A stretch of 64,000 nucleotides of DNA from the human T2T-CHM13v2.0 reference genome, Homo sapiens: assembly GCF_009914755.1 (NCBI RefSeq), contig NC_060933.1. One strand, written 5' to 3'. Position numbers and translations under genes: made by a program. The notes below the pieces were generated by a model. It was not told where the DNA came from. It was given only the letters and a program-made list of their open reading frames with translations, and made no database searches. Positions within the stretch are counted from its first letter, which is position 1, and each line of letters opens with the position of its first letter. Shown here piece by piece: positions 45,150-59,079 of the stretch.

Positions 45150-47844
45150 TGATGTTCTGAGTGAAAATGTGGAGAACACTGATGAGTAAGGGGTTGATGC
45201 AATGGCCTTATGTACCACACAGTTCAGGCTAGAACCCAGAGGCAGAAGGGTTGGCAGGTGCTGCAGCTCCCCAGTCTCTGAATATCCCATAGAGTAACAT
45301 AAGTGGGAAGGGCATGATTATGTGCATTACCATTTTGTACTCCAGGAAAGGAACTTTGCCTCCTGCTACTTTCTCTTTTTACAGTTGCTCTGAAAGAGCA
45401 TGTAAATGAAAGTCATAGCAGCAGGCTGCAATCTATTCTCTCCTTACTAGGGAATGCTTCAAAAAAAAAAAAAAAAAAGAAAGATGGCCCGATGAATGTT
45501 AAATGTGGTATCAAGTTCACTATATCAAACAATGGGATCTGATAAACCTGAAATGTAAGGGTGAATTTCAAGAGAAGTTGATTAAATGCTGAAAGGTTTA
45601 AAGATAAGGTGTTTCACCTGCATTTCTGAACTATTTCTGAAATCCATGAAATGAATGCTAAAGCTGACCATCAAGACCTAAGAAGGAGCAAAATGGTGTG
45701 ATAAAGATAAGATTTGTATGCCTGCAACAGGAAACCTACATTACAGTGAATTAAATGACATGGGAAGCTTGCATATATTTCTAGATTGACAATAATGTGC
45801 TTATTTGCTTTTGGAAAGTGCTGCTATCAATTTTCTTTGAGCTTTATGGAATATCTTTTCTCTGAGCTTCACAGGGTATTCTAATAATTTAGTCACCCAT
45901 CTTGAGTACACAATTATATAATTATTTTTAAAGGTTTTCTTCCTTTAAGGACAATATTATGTTAATTCTGCCACAATCTATTTGCTGATTCTGAATTTAG
46001 ATGCATTGTTTTGGAAATATAGGCATCTATACGGATTGAAATTATATACTTATTTCCTTTATCTGGAGGAGTAAAGCCTTGTTACAGCCTTGGAGACTAA
46101 CAGGGGCCAGAATTTCTTAGGAATAATGAGCAGGGAATGAAATAGTTATTTGGAAAGATACATACAGTTACATTTCTGATAATGTCCTGAGAAGAAAAGA
46201 ACACACTCTCACTTTTCTGCACATCCAAGATAAGTTCTGTTAGTGTTTTGATCTCCTGTCTTATAGCAGGCCAAAATAGAAGTCTTATGGTAATAAGTAG
46301 ATCTAGGTGCAATTCAATATGGACCAAAAAAGTAAAGTATAGCTTATAGGTATCAGCATTGGTTGGCATTAAATAATATATATTTAAGTTTGCTTAGATA
46401 TTCTTTTCAAATGTCATTGCTATGCTGCCAGTAACTTTCCAAGTGCTGAAATGTTGTCCTAAATTTATTCTGACATTTTCTGTTTTCTACATATCTTATT
46501 AATGTAGGTACATTATTTGGGATAAGACGATTTTTAAATAAGTATAAATAGAAATACCATTCATCAGAAATAATTTTTGGCTAAGTCTTTTTTTCCAAAA
46601 ATACCATGACTTCAATTATTTAGATAATCCTCCAACCTTATTTTCACACATATTGCCTCAGTAAATGCTAACGTAGTATTCCATACACTAGCCTGTGTGC
46701 TCTTTGACGTCAGCGAGCATGTCCTCTTAATCTTCCTGATCCGAGCACTTAATATAGTGCCTGGCCTCTAGTAGTATTCAATAAACGTGATATCACATGT
46801 AAGAGTGGAAAAATATATGATTAATTCTAACCCCAAAGCAACGGGGATACACGTCTGTGCTGCTTACACAAAACAGAGCCTGACAAAATAAATATTTCCT
46901 AAATGAATGAATGAAGTTGCTTTAATTAGGTGTATATTCTGAAGTTAATTTTCAATTTCTAAGTACTTTGGTCTCAGATCCTTGTAACCAAGATTAATGC
47001 TTGCAGTTTTCAATAAATATAATTTACTGGAAAAGATTAAGAGGTACCTGCTCACATCAATTTAAAGACTGCGTTATATAAGTCCTCAATACATTCTGAT
47101 ACTGGGTGATAAAAAATACAGACCCCAGGTTCATTGTCAGAGCAATTCCCGACTTGCTCTGACAATTGGGGAGGAATTGGTGAGAATATGGAATCCAAAA
47201 TTGTTAAATAAATAATACTCCAAACTCCCAAATGCCAGACAGAAATAGTATGCAATTAATCTAATAGGGTCAGCCTATAGCCCAAGGTTAGTGATTAAAG
47301 TTGCAATGGTCTGCTGTATTGACACAGAACTTTGACTTCAGACAAATTTTATCTGGAATTCCAGTCATTCTATTACTGAATTATAAGTGATATTGCTATT
47401 CTGTCATCATTGTGTATAAATTCTGTATTGAAATGAAAGCATTTCCCAGACCTTTTGCGTAGTGTTGACCTTCTTTATGTTAGAAAGAGAATTATCAAAA
47501 ACACAAATTCAAACCAATAATGTTTATATTCAGCCAGACTAAGAAAAAGCAGTAGTGGAAAAAAGTACTAAAAATAACGAATAATGCCTTCTAAAATATT
47601 TCTGGTTTTGCTTTATTTTCCCTATCTTTAATTATTAGTATTAGTTGTGTTCATTTTCCACTCTATATTTAGTTACATATCCTTTAATAAAATCTTTACA
47701 ATTTTGTGCACAGAAAAGCAAATCTCAGAAATGTTTGTCCTCTTTCTACATATCCCTAGCCTGGCTCTCCATGTCATTAATGGTGCTGAAACTAGGATGT
47801 CAGTATAATTCTGCCACTTCTCCTAAGAAATAAGCTTTTGGAAC

Positions 47845-48240
47845 AGCATGCATTCAATGATTCATTTATTTGTTCCAAATTAATAGCTAATGATATTCCA
47901 GACATTGTGCTATGTGATGGTGTTAACAGTGTTGAGCAGTAATAGAGCAGAGCTCTGTGATGACAGTTGTGATGAGTATCACAGAAGTAAATGTCCTTTC
48001 TTCTGTGAACATAGGTATCAGGAATTGGCCTGACAGAGAAGACGTCCTTGAGAAAAGACAAAAAAGATCATAGAGCTGAGAGTTAATATAAGATGAACAT
48101 GGTAGGAGGAATATTTTGGGTAGAGGAAAGAAGAGAGGACAAATCCCCATTACAGAAGGAATATGTCACTGCCAAGAAACTGGAGGGAGACCAGTGTAGT
48201 TGGAGCACAGAGAATGTGGGAAAAGGGCAAGACTGTGGGC
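47845..48240 (-). mobile_element. L2 3' region
   Basis: CATTCAATGATTCATTTATT...CCAGACATTGTGCTA...GGAGACCAGTGTAGTTGGAGCACAGAG. Confidence 0.65.
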
Positions 48241-48299
48241 TGCTCTCTAGGATTCATTTTTGTTTCTTTCTGCTCACAGAGTAAATCTTATTTTTCAGT

Positions 48300-50372
48300 T
48301 GTTCTTGGTGCTTAATGATGGTAATATGACTGGAACGAGTCAATGGAATATGAGTATACATAACCTGTGCTGTTTCCTCCTCAAAGATTTTAAGAAGAGG
48401 TTGTAGCTTTTCAGAAGAGGTTGTAGCTTGGAAGAAATGGTGACAAGACTTTGGGACTGATAGATCTACAAGAGAAAATGAAATATGTGTCTCTAAATTA
48501 ATGAATAGGAGAGAAAAGCTAGCCAATCAGAATGCCCAGTTTGAGCTGTTATAATTGAGAAATATGTTTCTGTGATGTTTGATACCATATATATTTTGGT
48601 GTTTATTTGTTATTGTAATTTAGCCTAATATAACTAGTATGGAAATGTGCAGACTGAAGTGGGGTATTGCTCTGACAAAACGTAAATATATGGTCCTGAG
48701 GAGCAATCAATGATATATTTTGCCAGAAAGCTAGAGATTTCATGTTATGCAAGTGGCAACATACACGGTTAAAATATTGTCTAACATTTTAGGAAAACAG
48801 GCTATGTGTCTTTTGAGCCTCTAATTTTAGGAAAGCTATTGGAAAGAAACAAATTTTAGTGCCTTCTTTTGGCTTCTTGATGCTTATAAAGAAAGGTATT
48901 AAAAGAAAGAGATGAACTCAACCAAGGAATTTCTGGCTTTCAAAGGGAAATAAAGAGGAATAGAAAGTTCAGAAATTTGGAGGCTCACAAAATTTGACTG
49001 CTTCTGAGAATTCCAGAGTAGGAAATAAGACTAGAAGTTTAAGCAGCAATGACCCATTAAAATTTCTCAGTTTTACAAAAGAACTCAGCTCTGTGACAAA
49101 TAGAAAAGGATAAAGCTTTGTCAGCCATGCCTATTATCTTACATAGCCCCAAGGTAGCCATCAATAAATTCAGGGAGCGAGAGAGAGACACCAGGGAAGG
49201 GAGCAAGGAAATAAAACAGGGTTAAGAACTAGCCTCAGAAAGAACTTTGAGAGTTCTAGAGATGGCTGAAATCAAATGAACCAGATATCTGAAATGTTTT
49301 TGGGAAAGTTCACTGGAAAAATAAAGGCTAGAACATCACTTGATTGTTTTAGCTATACAATAATCTTTGAACTCCAAGCAGTGTTTGAGCAAGATATACG
49401 ATACAAAGATGTAAGCCCTCAAATTGGGCACACTCTTCAATTTTCAACTTATGTGTTCAGGGTAGAAAACAAACAAGGACAAACCTCTGTGAAGTTGGTG
49501 TCTTCCACAGAGCACATTCTATATGTAGTCGAGGAAATCCTTCCCCTGCTAAAGCTGGAAGTCTTCACAATGTCTCCTGCAGAGGTTTATGTCATTGGTA
49601 TAGACAAGTGACTGCTGTGTATTTTATATTGTTAATGTATTTATTTATTTGCAATATTTCTGTTTCTGTTCTGGTATTATAAATTGGCACTCTGGGTTGT
49701 GGAGGACAGGCACAAACAACTTGTATTTTGATTGACTACACCTACCTAGACTATGAGGAAACATAACCTCATTGAATAAGCAGAATTCTGCTTCTTCAAG
49801 CCTTCTTGAACTTTGAAGTAGATGCAAGTATTCGGTACACATTGTATGTGATTTGGGGTTGTTGCTTTTTAGGAGGTGATAAATGTGTTTATATTTGAGA
49901 AGATTAAACATTATATTTGGTCACCAGAGGACAACAAAAATTGAACAAAATATCACTTTTGCAGAGGCTTTAAGTGCTCACCAAAATTCATATCTTCCTT
50001 TTTTTTAGCTGCATTTAAAACTTTCATTGCACTTATATGTGCCCATATGACTAGGTTCTTAATGAAAGGTGAACAGAAGTAATATGTGCCTTTTTATAGA
50101 CTAAGGCTTTTATAAAACAGATGTGCCTCCTTTTATCCAGCTGTGTTCCTTGCAAAGCTGGATGAAGGTGTCAACAAGGTCTTTGGGAAAAGCAAAGTCT
50201 CAAGAAGAAAAAGAGCATGAATCTCTGAGACATTGCATGGGAGAAAACCACTCTCTGATGAAGAATACCCACCTTGGCGAGTTGAGTGAATGAAAATAAA
50301 TGCTGAATGAAATCAAACCATTATTTAGCCAATTTTTCTACAGACATGATAACTTACCCTATTATGACTAAT
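48300..50372 (+). mobile_element. Old MLT1 (MLT1H/J-like) LTR-internal-LTR remnant
   Basis: LTR end TTTGTTATTGTAATTTAGCCTAA followed by internal start GAAGTGGGGTATTGCT; second LTR with CCCATATGACTAGGTTC...CAGAAGTAATATGTGCC. Confidence 0.55.
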
Positions 50373-52922
50373 AAAGAGGACATAGTGATACAAAAAAAAA
50401 ATGGGACTAAACAGGCAAAAGACCATGGGGGCCTTATAAAGTAAAGTGATGATATGTTCCCATTTGCCTGGCAGAGTTTGAATTTAAGCCCAAAGCCCTA
50501 GAGTCTCATCCAGTCTAACTTTTTTCCCAGATTTTTCATTTTTAATGAAGTATTATTAATAACCTCTGATGAGTTTGGAAGCTTCTACTTTGTACTTCCA
50601 GCATCTGCCGTGTATTAGTGTTATGTAAGAAGCACAGACAGTTAGCAGAGTCTTCCCTTAACACCTATTTAAGCCTGAAAGATAACCAGCAATAAGCAGG
50701 AAGTCTTTGCTAGGTTTTTTCAACATGCGATATTACAGAGTCCCCCTTTTACTGACATCACAGAGGGTGTTCACTTGTAAAATGAAGTGTGCTTGGTCAC
50801 AAGCAGCTAGGGAAAACTTCCTCAATCTTCTGTCTTTGGGTGAACTCTTCAACACTGCTTCTCAAACCTGGCATTTAGCATATGAGACATTTTCATGACA
50901 GCCCATGACATCAGCCTGTGAAATGCCTGAAACTGTCAAGCAGCCAGTTGAGAAAATCAGTGAGGACTATGGGAAATGTATAAATTCACAAACAGGTAGT
51001 ATGTGTTGAAAAAAAGAAGGTGAACAGCCCTGCTCAGATTCACATTAAAACTAATCTGAACATTCTCGCTACAGTGGTTTTGTTATTTATTTTATAGTAT
51101 AAGCCTACAATTGTTTCTTAATTTTTTGTTTGATAACCCTGTTTTTCTTTCCTTAAACTCTTTTAGCAGCAATGGACTTAAAAATTTCATGATTAATAAA
51201 AAAACAATAGGAATTGAAATTGTGTTACTGACATAAAATGTAGTTCCAACTTTCCCATTCACCATGAGGGTTGTGCTGATATCACTGGACACAAAGAAAC
51301 CAAAAAAGGCAAATCTGTTCAGACAGCATCAGTAGCAATTCTAACAGTTAGCTATCTAGAGATGATTGTGCCTGAAGATTGTGATTTAACACATGTTGCA
51401 GTAGAAGGTATATTTATGCGTCACTGTAGACTCTAAAATTTCATTTAGATCAAGTGATTATTCATATAAATGGATTTTACACATCTTTAATTTCAAGAAA
51501 AGCTGTTAATATGTTTATTAGCAAAATGAAAAAATTAAACAGTGACAAGAAGCTAGTTTTATATAATTTCATCATGTGCTTCAAGTAGAATTCAGTAATT
51601 GGATTTCTTCATCCAAAATATGGAAATACAGTATAACATTCTGAAGTTTATTCATTCAAAAGTGAATCCATGTCATCTTAAGGAAAAGGAAGAGAGGGAA
51701 GAAAAAAAAACAAGAACTTAATTTTAATATGTGAAATACTTACATGTAAATATCAAATTATATTGAAGTGGCAATTTTAAAGTATGTCTTAATTTTCATC
51801 TGTGCAAATGTGAATTTCAAAGCCATGTGAGAAATTCATAGAATATGAACTATGAAATTGTTTCACATTGAATAGAATGTGTTACATTATCAATGCAAAT
51901 ATATCACTCACATATCTCTCCATAATAAAGGTCACCACAAGCCAACGCCTGCATAACCTGTGACTCTGCTGGGTAAACATTTATATTTCCCACACAGAAC
52001 ACTTAACCTCAGTCTATGAAAGGTGACTTTTTCCAATTCAGTATATTAAAATATTACCTCCAGGCTTTTCTGATTACCTTGAACTGTATTCTGCATGAAC
52101 TGGTTGCTTTTCTATAGCTCATTGTTTCCACCAATACCACGGAACCTGAATTCAGGCTACGCATTAGCAACTAGAGTTAACCATCCTCATATGCAACACT
52201 GAGCATTGATCTCTCAAAATGTAGCAAGAATGGTTAACCAGTCAATACACAGATTATCCCAGTTGCTCATGCGGAAAGTCTCAGAATCATTGTTCACTTT
52301 CCGCTTGGGTTCATAATCAAATCCATTTCAAATCCTGACAGCTCTACCTTGAAATATATTTATATTCTGACTACTTCTCACCAATCCTAGAGCTCCTATC
52401 CTAAAGTACAGTTAGTTTTCACTTGCACTATGTTATTAGCAAGCATCCCAACTTGTGCTGTAACTCAGCCAGTTGCAGGATGAGATTCTTCATTTGATTT
52501 TCAGCAATCTCAGCCCTTCAGCTACAGGAGATGAGTCTCTTTAGGGGATACAAAGAAACTTTCAGGTCATTTATGCCTCGCTTGAGCTAGAAGTTCAAGT
52601 CCCTGAGCTCATTCTTTTCTTTAACGACTTTGTCCAGCAACATTAAGAGCAACCAGCCAATCTCATTATATTAATTAGTTTTCCAAGAATTTTTGAGAAT
52701 ATCATATACATGTTTACCTGGCACCTGCTTCTTATAAGTGTTTTTGCATATCTCTAAAGCCAAATCACGTATGGAATATTACTGTTCTCTTCAGTATTGA
52801 AGAAAGACCTATTAGCATCTTTAAATTTAAACATTAGAGTCAATTCCAGAAATTCCAGAACAAATTCAGAAAACTCATCCTTAACATTCTGTTTTTCTAT
52901 AATCACTCTCAGTACTGAAATC

Positions 52923-53408
52923 TATATTAGGATTTTCCAGAAAAACATAATCAATAGCATATTTACATTATAAACCAATTTATTATGAGGAATTAATTAG
53001 CTCATGCAGATATGGAGGCTGAGAAGTCCCAAGATTTTCAGCTGGCAAGCTGGAGACCCAAGAAAGCTGGCATTATAGTTCCAGTCTAAGTCTGAAGGCT
53101 GGAGAATAGGGAAAGCTGATGATGCAAGCTCTAGCTGGAGTCCAAGTCCAAAGGCAGGAAAAGACTACTGTTTCAGCTTGATTCTGGTCAGACAGAAAAA
53201 GTAAATTCTCCCTTACTCAGACTTTTTGTTTTAATCAGACCTTCAACAAATTGGATGACACATTAGCAGGGCAATTTGCTTTACTGAATCTACTGATTCA
53301 AATAATAATCTCTTCCAGAAACACCCTCTCAGACATACTTAGAATAATGTTTAGCCAAATATCTGGGCACACCATAGCCCAGTCATGTTGACACATAAAA
53401 TTAACCAT
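52923..53408 (-). mobile_element. MLT2B-like ERVL LTR
   Basis: ATGGAGGCTGAGAAGTCCCAAGA..GCAAGCTGGAGACCCA; end GCCCAGTCATGTTGACACATAAAATTAACCAT. Confidence 0.85.
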
Positions 53409-53449
53409 GGGAATCATATACAATCTGAATCCCTGATTGTCACCTCTCG

Positions 53450-53920
53450 GATTTTATCACATCACTTTTTTCTATGCCAGCCTCTTGCTGTTCCTACGTA
53501 CATAAGATATATTACCACCTCAGGGTCTTTGGATTCATTATATCCTGCAGCTATAATATTTTGTCCTCAAATATACATATGGATTGATCCATTACTTAAT
53601 TTTGGTCTCTTTTGTAATATCAACCCCTCAGAAAGAACTTCTCTTATCATCCTAAAATACAGTAACAACTTGCACTAATTGCTTACACTACTTGATTTTA
53701 AACCAGGCACTTACCACTATCCCACCTTATTCATTGGTTTGTTTGTTATTAGTCTCTTCCCATTAGAAAGTAGCTGTATGATAGCAGGAACAGAGATTAG
53801 TTTTTAGAGTTCACTGAAGTATTATTTGCTCTTACAATTTCTGACACAGAGGAGGAGCTAAGTTAAAATATGTGGAAGGAAGGAAGGAAAGAAGGTAGGA
53901 AGGAAGGAAGGAAGGAAGGA
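53450..53920 (+). mobile_element. L2 3' region with (GGAA)n tail (53873-53920)
   Basis: CACCTCAGGGTCTTTG...CTCAGAAAGAACTTCT...TTCCCATTAGAAAGTAGCT...TTCACTG. Confidence 0.6.
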
Positions 53921-54632
53921 AAACCCTATTTGTTCTTCTAACTAATGTATTAATACATGTTTGAGTTTATTCTCCATTATTCTATAAGCAGGAAAGCTAA
54001 ATTCCAGGCCCATAAATCAATTTATTCCATTTTGTTTTTAGACCATTTTGAGATACTAATATCTTAGTCACAGATCTATATTCTCAATTTCAGGAGACAT
54101 TAGGATTTTTCCGCCTCCCTCTTTACTTCTTATTTCTCTCTCATGGAGCTTTCCTGAGGAATTGCTGCAGAGGGAGAAGGCAGAGACTGCTTCAGAGGAG
54201 AAACAAGAATGGCGAGATAACAAAGGTTCACACATCGTTCTACCACCCCCAGATTCTTTTCTCCAATGCAATCACCCTGTTCTGATCTCTAGCCCTGGCA
54301 GTGTCAAAGGGATGATGCTTTCAAGAATGAATGTCTCTCAAATTCATGTGGTATATTAGATGGACTTGAGATATCCAACTGGGTACTGCTCCACAGTCTG
54401 TCTACTGTCGGGAGTTTGTGGGAATCCAGATTCTTTTTCTCCAATCCTTAGAACACTGTCCATGGGAGTAATTTGTGTCACCAGGCAGCCCCTTGCATAG
54501 GTGTGTAAGGGGGATAGAGAAAATAAGTCCATTCTTCTGTTTTGCTCATTTACCTTTATTTCACATCAGGTTATCTGAATGAGAGAAGGAAATCAGACTA
54601 GTTTTACTTATCAAATTATTGCTGCAGATGGA

Positions 54633-54920
54633 TTTTTTTTTTTTTTTGAGATGGAGTTTCGCTCTTTTTTGCCTAGGCTGGAGTGAAATGGCATGATCTT
54701 TGCTCACTGCAGCCTCTGCTTGCCAGGTTCAAGTGATTCTCCTGCCTCAGCCTCCTGAGTAGCTGGGATTACAGGTGCGAGCCACCATGCCTGGCTAATT
54801 TGTATTTTAGTAGAGACAGGGTTTCACCATGTTGGCCAGGCTGGTCTCAAACTCCTGACCTCAGGTAATATGCCCACCTTGGCCTACCAAACTGCTGGGA
54901 TTACAGGCGTGAGCCTGGCC
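54633..54920 (-). mobile_element. AluSq/Sp-like
   Basis: GAGATGGAGTTTCGCTCTT...; small deletion near the Alu 5' end (GAGCC^TGGCC). Confidence 0.9.
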
Positions 54921-55094
54921 AGATTCTACACATACAAGTTAGTTACATAAAACATAAAGGTCACTGTGGTTAAGAACAGAGGGAGAAGAGCAAAAGCAGA
55001 TATCAAAATGTGATTTACTAGGTTGTGTTGTTAAGTAAGAGTTACTATTTAATATGATTTTGTAACCAAAGTAGAATTGCCTAAACTACATATA

Positions 55095-55250
55095 ATAGTT
55101 CATTTAATTCTCACAATACAGATAGATATGATATGATGAGGAACTGTGCATCAGAAACATGCTGCCATTTCTTCAGGTTTACATAGCCAGCGAGTGGCAG
55201 AGCCATTCCCAAACCTATTTCCATTTGACTCTCTAAGCCTTTCATTTTCC
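55095..55250 (-). mobile_element. MIR
   Basis: TCATTTAATTCTCACAA...GATGAGGAACTG...ACATAGCCAGCGAGTGGCAGAGCC. Confidence 0.65.
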
Positions 55251-56324
55251 ACTATTTCACATCACTTCCAAACAATTATATTTGTGAACTAGCCAAACCA
55301 GGACTGTTGAAGCATGCATATTCTATATGGCTCTTGGGTTGAAACCGCTGCTGACCAATAATACGCCTTGTTTTAGATTAGTTTTCTTCAATAACCTTTG
55401 CAGGAAAATAAATAATTTACACATGCTGTTCCTAGGTTTCTCCCAATGTTTATTATTATTAGTCATTCTAACTCCTGAAATTTTACATTATATTCTTGGA
55501 AGAAATTCTTATGCCCATGTTGATTGTAATTAACTAATCTTTCAGCAATTCAAGTAGCACTGTCAAGTTGTGACTGAGAATATTCTAGTCATGTGGCCCA
55601 ACCATTCATTTTTCTGTAGCATGACATTTGCCTATGCTAAGCTGTCTGCATTCTAGAAACATCTAGTGAAATATGCTACCACCGACCACATCCTAGTGTG
55701 AAATTTCAAACTGGTTCCGCATACGCCTAACAGTAGCCTAGAAAATATTTCAATAAGTAACCCATTACTTATAATAAACCAAACAACCCATTTCAATTGA
55801 CATCTATTCTTTTCCACCCTTCCTGAATCACTCATGATATTGTAGCCTATTTGTGTTTTTCTATGCCTAGTAAATCTAAAGCTTCCTTAAGGCCAGAACA
55901 CTTGAAATACTCGATGCTGGATGAAATTTCCTATGCCACCACCACCACAACCACCACTACTTCTACCACCCGGAATCATAATACGCACAGAGCAGACCCT
56001 TCAAATTCTTAGTGTTAGTTCCTTTATTTCTAGTTCAACCAATTATTCCCTTCAATTCTAGTCTTAGACACGTAGTAATTATCTTCCCTTGCCAGGAATG
56101 ATCTCTTCTCTGTATACCTACTCAAATAGTATAAAACCAAATTAGGGTCCCAGGTCAGACTGCAGAGCCCACAAAAGCATGAGTTGTAACAATTTGCTTA
56201 TTTGGTGCCAAAATCATAGATGATTTACCACGAGATCAAAATGTAGTCATTTCATTGAAAAATTAATATATTATGCAGATACGAAGTCCACAAAATTTAG
56301 TGGACTTTTTTTACAGTTATGTAC

Positions 56325-56694
56325 TGTGTTAGTCTGTTCTCACGCTGCTGTGAAGAAATACTCAAGGCTGTGCAATTTATAAAGGAAAAGAGTTTTAATT
56401 GACTCACAGTTCCACAGGGTTGGGAGGTCTCAGGAAACTTACAATCATGGTGGAAGGGGAAGCAAACACGTCTTTCTTCATATGGAAGTATCAAAGTGAA
56501 GTACAGACTGGAGTGGGGGAAAAGCCCCTAATAAAACTGTCAGATTTCATGAGAACTCACTCAGTATCGCAAGAACAATGTGGGGAAAACAGCCCCCATG
56601 ATTCAATTGTCTCCTTCTGGTCCTGCCTTTGACATGTGGGGATTATTACAATTCAAGATGAGATTTTAAGTGGGGACATAGCCAAACCATTTCA
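56325..56694 (-). mobile_element. THE1C/D-like solo LTR
   Basis: TGTGTTAGTCTGTTCTCACGCTGC...GAAGCAAACACGTC...GCCAAACCATTTCA; flanks TGTAC/TGTAT. Confidence 0.88.
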
Positions 56695-57006
56695 TGTATC
56701 ATTAATGACTGTTTTCTCATTCTATGATAAACATTGACATAGCTGCTCAAAACAGCACAATACATATAGTAGAATTTAAAACTTCCTTAGAGATATCTCT
56801 AGAATTATAAACATTTAGCAATGAGTTGTTCATATTGTTTAATAAGGATTTAATTACCTATATTCACGCTCTTTTTTTTATAATTTAAGCTTAAAAGTAA
56901 ATTTTAAATATAGGCTTCATCATAGAAATATTTAACTTATAAAGGCGCTTCAGGGTTGGATTTTCATAGCTTTTTTCATTTCTGACTTTTGTTTAATGAG
57001 CGGACT

Positions 57007-57088
57007 GTATTTATTTTTATTCTTTTTAACTTTTGTTGTAAGTTCAGAGGTACAAGCCCAGGTTCGTTACATAGGTAAACTTGTATCA
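57007..57088 (-). mobile_element. Short old L1PA 3' terminal fragment
   Basis: AAGTTCAGAGGTACA...CAGGTTCGTTACATAGGTAAACTTGT. Confidence 0.7.
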
Positions 57089-59035
57089 CTATAGCTGTTT
57101 TTAAAAGAGAGAAAGCATGATAGAAACAATAGAAAATAGGCAGGAGTACTGCTGGATAGCCTGGGGAATATAGTCGAGATTTCCAATATGACCTTGGCCA
57201 GACCATTTATAATCTGCTTCAACTTTCATATCTAAAATGAAAGCTATTGGTTTGTTTGTTTTGTTTTTGCAGGGTTTTCTGAGGTTGTTGTTTCAGTAAC
57301 TTATTCGCTTTTTTTTCTGAATCTGAGGCTCCCAAATGAATCCAAATGTTTGTTTAATGCAGAGTGAATTTTACTTTTCTGCAGGAAATTTTTGGATATT
57401 GTTTCTTTAAATGAAGGGATGAATGGAAATTTAAAAGTGAAATAAAAACATGAAAGCTTATCAAGTCTCAAACTGAGATTATCTTACTGAACATAAATTT
57501 CAAGGTCAACAGGAATTTGTAGAATATTACCTGTCTCTCTATTTTTATAACCCTGATATTTTTTCCCTATGAATGAAAATGCATTGAATCTGAGTATCTG
57601 ATTAACTTTAAAATTTAAATGATCACATGTGTAGCTCACTTTTAAGGTTAGCTTGTTTTGATGATTTCTGCTCTTTCTGGCTTGTTTCCTGACTGATATT
57701 ATTAAAAATAATTTCTAAAATATTTATGAAGGAATGGATCTATGCATCTCTTTTCTTTCTACTGAGGAAAATTAGAAAGTTGGCCCCTAATATTTCTTTT
57801 TCCCTCTAGATGCACAGGTTTTAAAGTAGCAGTCTTTAAAAGATAAGCAAACTGAGTGACTAAAAAATAAGGAGGGGATATCTTTTCATTTTTAGCCATT
57901 TTTAGTAAATGGCTGAAAGGTGACATATATTTCCAAAGGTGACATATAATATTTGTTCATTCGTATTTTAAAAATAGACCTAATGCTGTTAAAAAGAATA
58001 AAAAAGGTTGCATATTTTGGAAAGAAATGTATAAGTATAAATGTATATTTTTAAAAAATGTATATATTTCCTAAAAATATATTGAATATGTTGAATTCTG
58101 AAATCCAGAGATTTTATTTTACATAGTTTTCAGGGAAGTTGAACTTCAAAGACTGATGGTCTGTAAAAAAGGAATTGTCCAGTCTATGATTATAAGTTTG
58201 ACACCCACTGTCAACATCCTATAATTGCAAATATAGAATTATGAGGTTATTAAAAGAGGATGGATATGGTATTATAATTCACAGTTAAAGGTTAAAACCA
58301 AGTGCTCATGAAGAAGAAAAAAAAATATTATTTCATGGATTCCAGGTAGTACAAGAAGAGCAAAAGTCATCTGAGTTGTCAGAAGACAAACTTATTTATG
58401 TCTTCATTTGTTCATTGAGCAAGTAATCATTAAGTGCTTACAGTATGCACAGCATCTTACTAATCTCTTTTATAAGTGTATGAATGAAAGGTCATAGTCT
58501 CTAAAAATTAATAGCAAAGAGCGCTGATCTGGTATATGTGGGTTGGGAAGATTTTCCCAAGGTTTCCCATTTAAATAGAAATTTAATTTCTATTTCCCAT
58601 TTAAATAGAAATATAAAGAATATGTAAGAGTTACTGTATGTTCTGATGTGATGGAGAAAGGTCTTCCAGGCCGTGCAAACAGTTTATAGAAAGATTCTAA
58701 GATACAGAGATCACGAAGCATTAGAAAAACTAAATGAAGTTCATTATAGACAGAGTGTAGACTGGGCAGGGGGAGGTGGTAAGGCTACTGTGCTGACATT
58801 TTTTTTTTATATATTTCACAAAATGAAATCAATGACTTATGAAGCAAAACTTTGAAAAATTTTAGCAGACTTCAGTTTCTACAATAATTCTAATTATAGA
58901 TGTCTATTCTTCACTGATTGGTATTTGAAAAGCCCTGAATACAATGCATAGCCTTAAGTTGGAAACATTATTTTTAATAATTAAAATATCTCTCATACTT
59001 ATTTCTAATAGCTTTCTGTCTCTCTCTTTTTCTCC

Positions 59036-59037
<2 letters not shown>

Positions 59038-59078
<41 letters not shown>
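59038..59078. repeat. (CA)n microsatellite
   Basis: Direct reading. Confidence 0.95.

Positions 59079-59079
<1 letters not shown>

Noticed and set aside
49276-49611. 111-aa ORF
   Set aside because: Lies within a degraded MLT1 internal region; no recognisable protein similarity
56284-56307. Hairpin AAGTCCAC-N8-GTGGACTT followed by a T run
   Set aside because: Looks like a bacterial terminator, but that has no meaning in human DNA; an 8-bp stem is within chance or a DNA-transposon remnant
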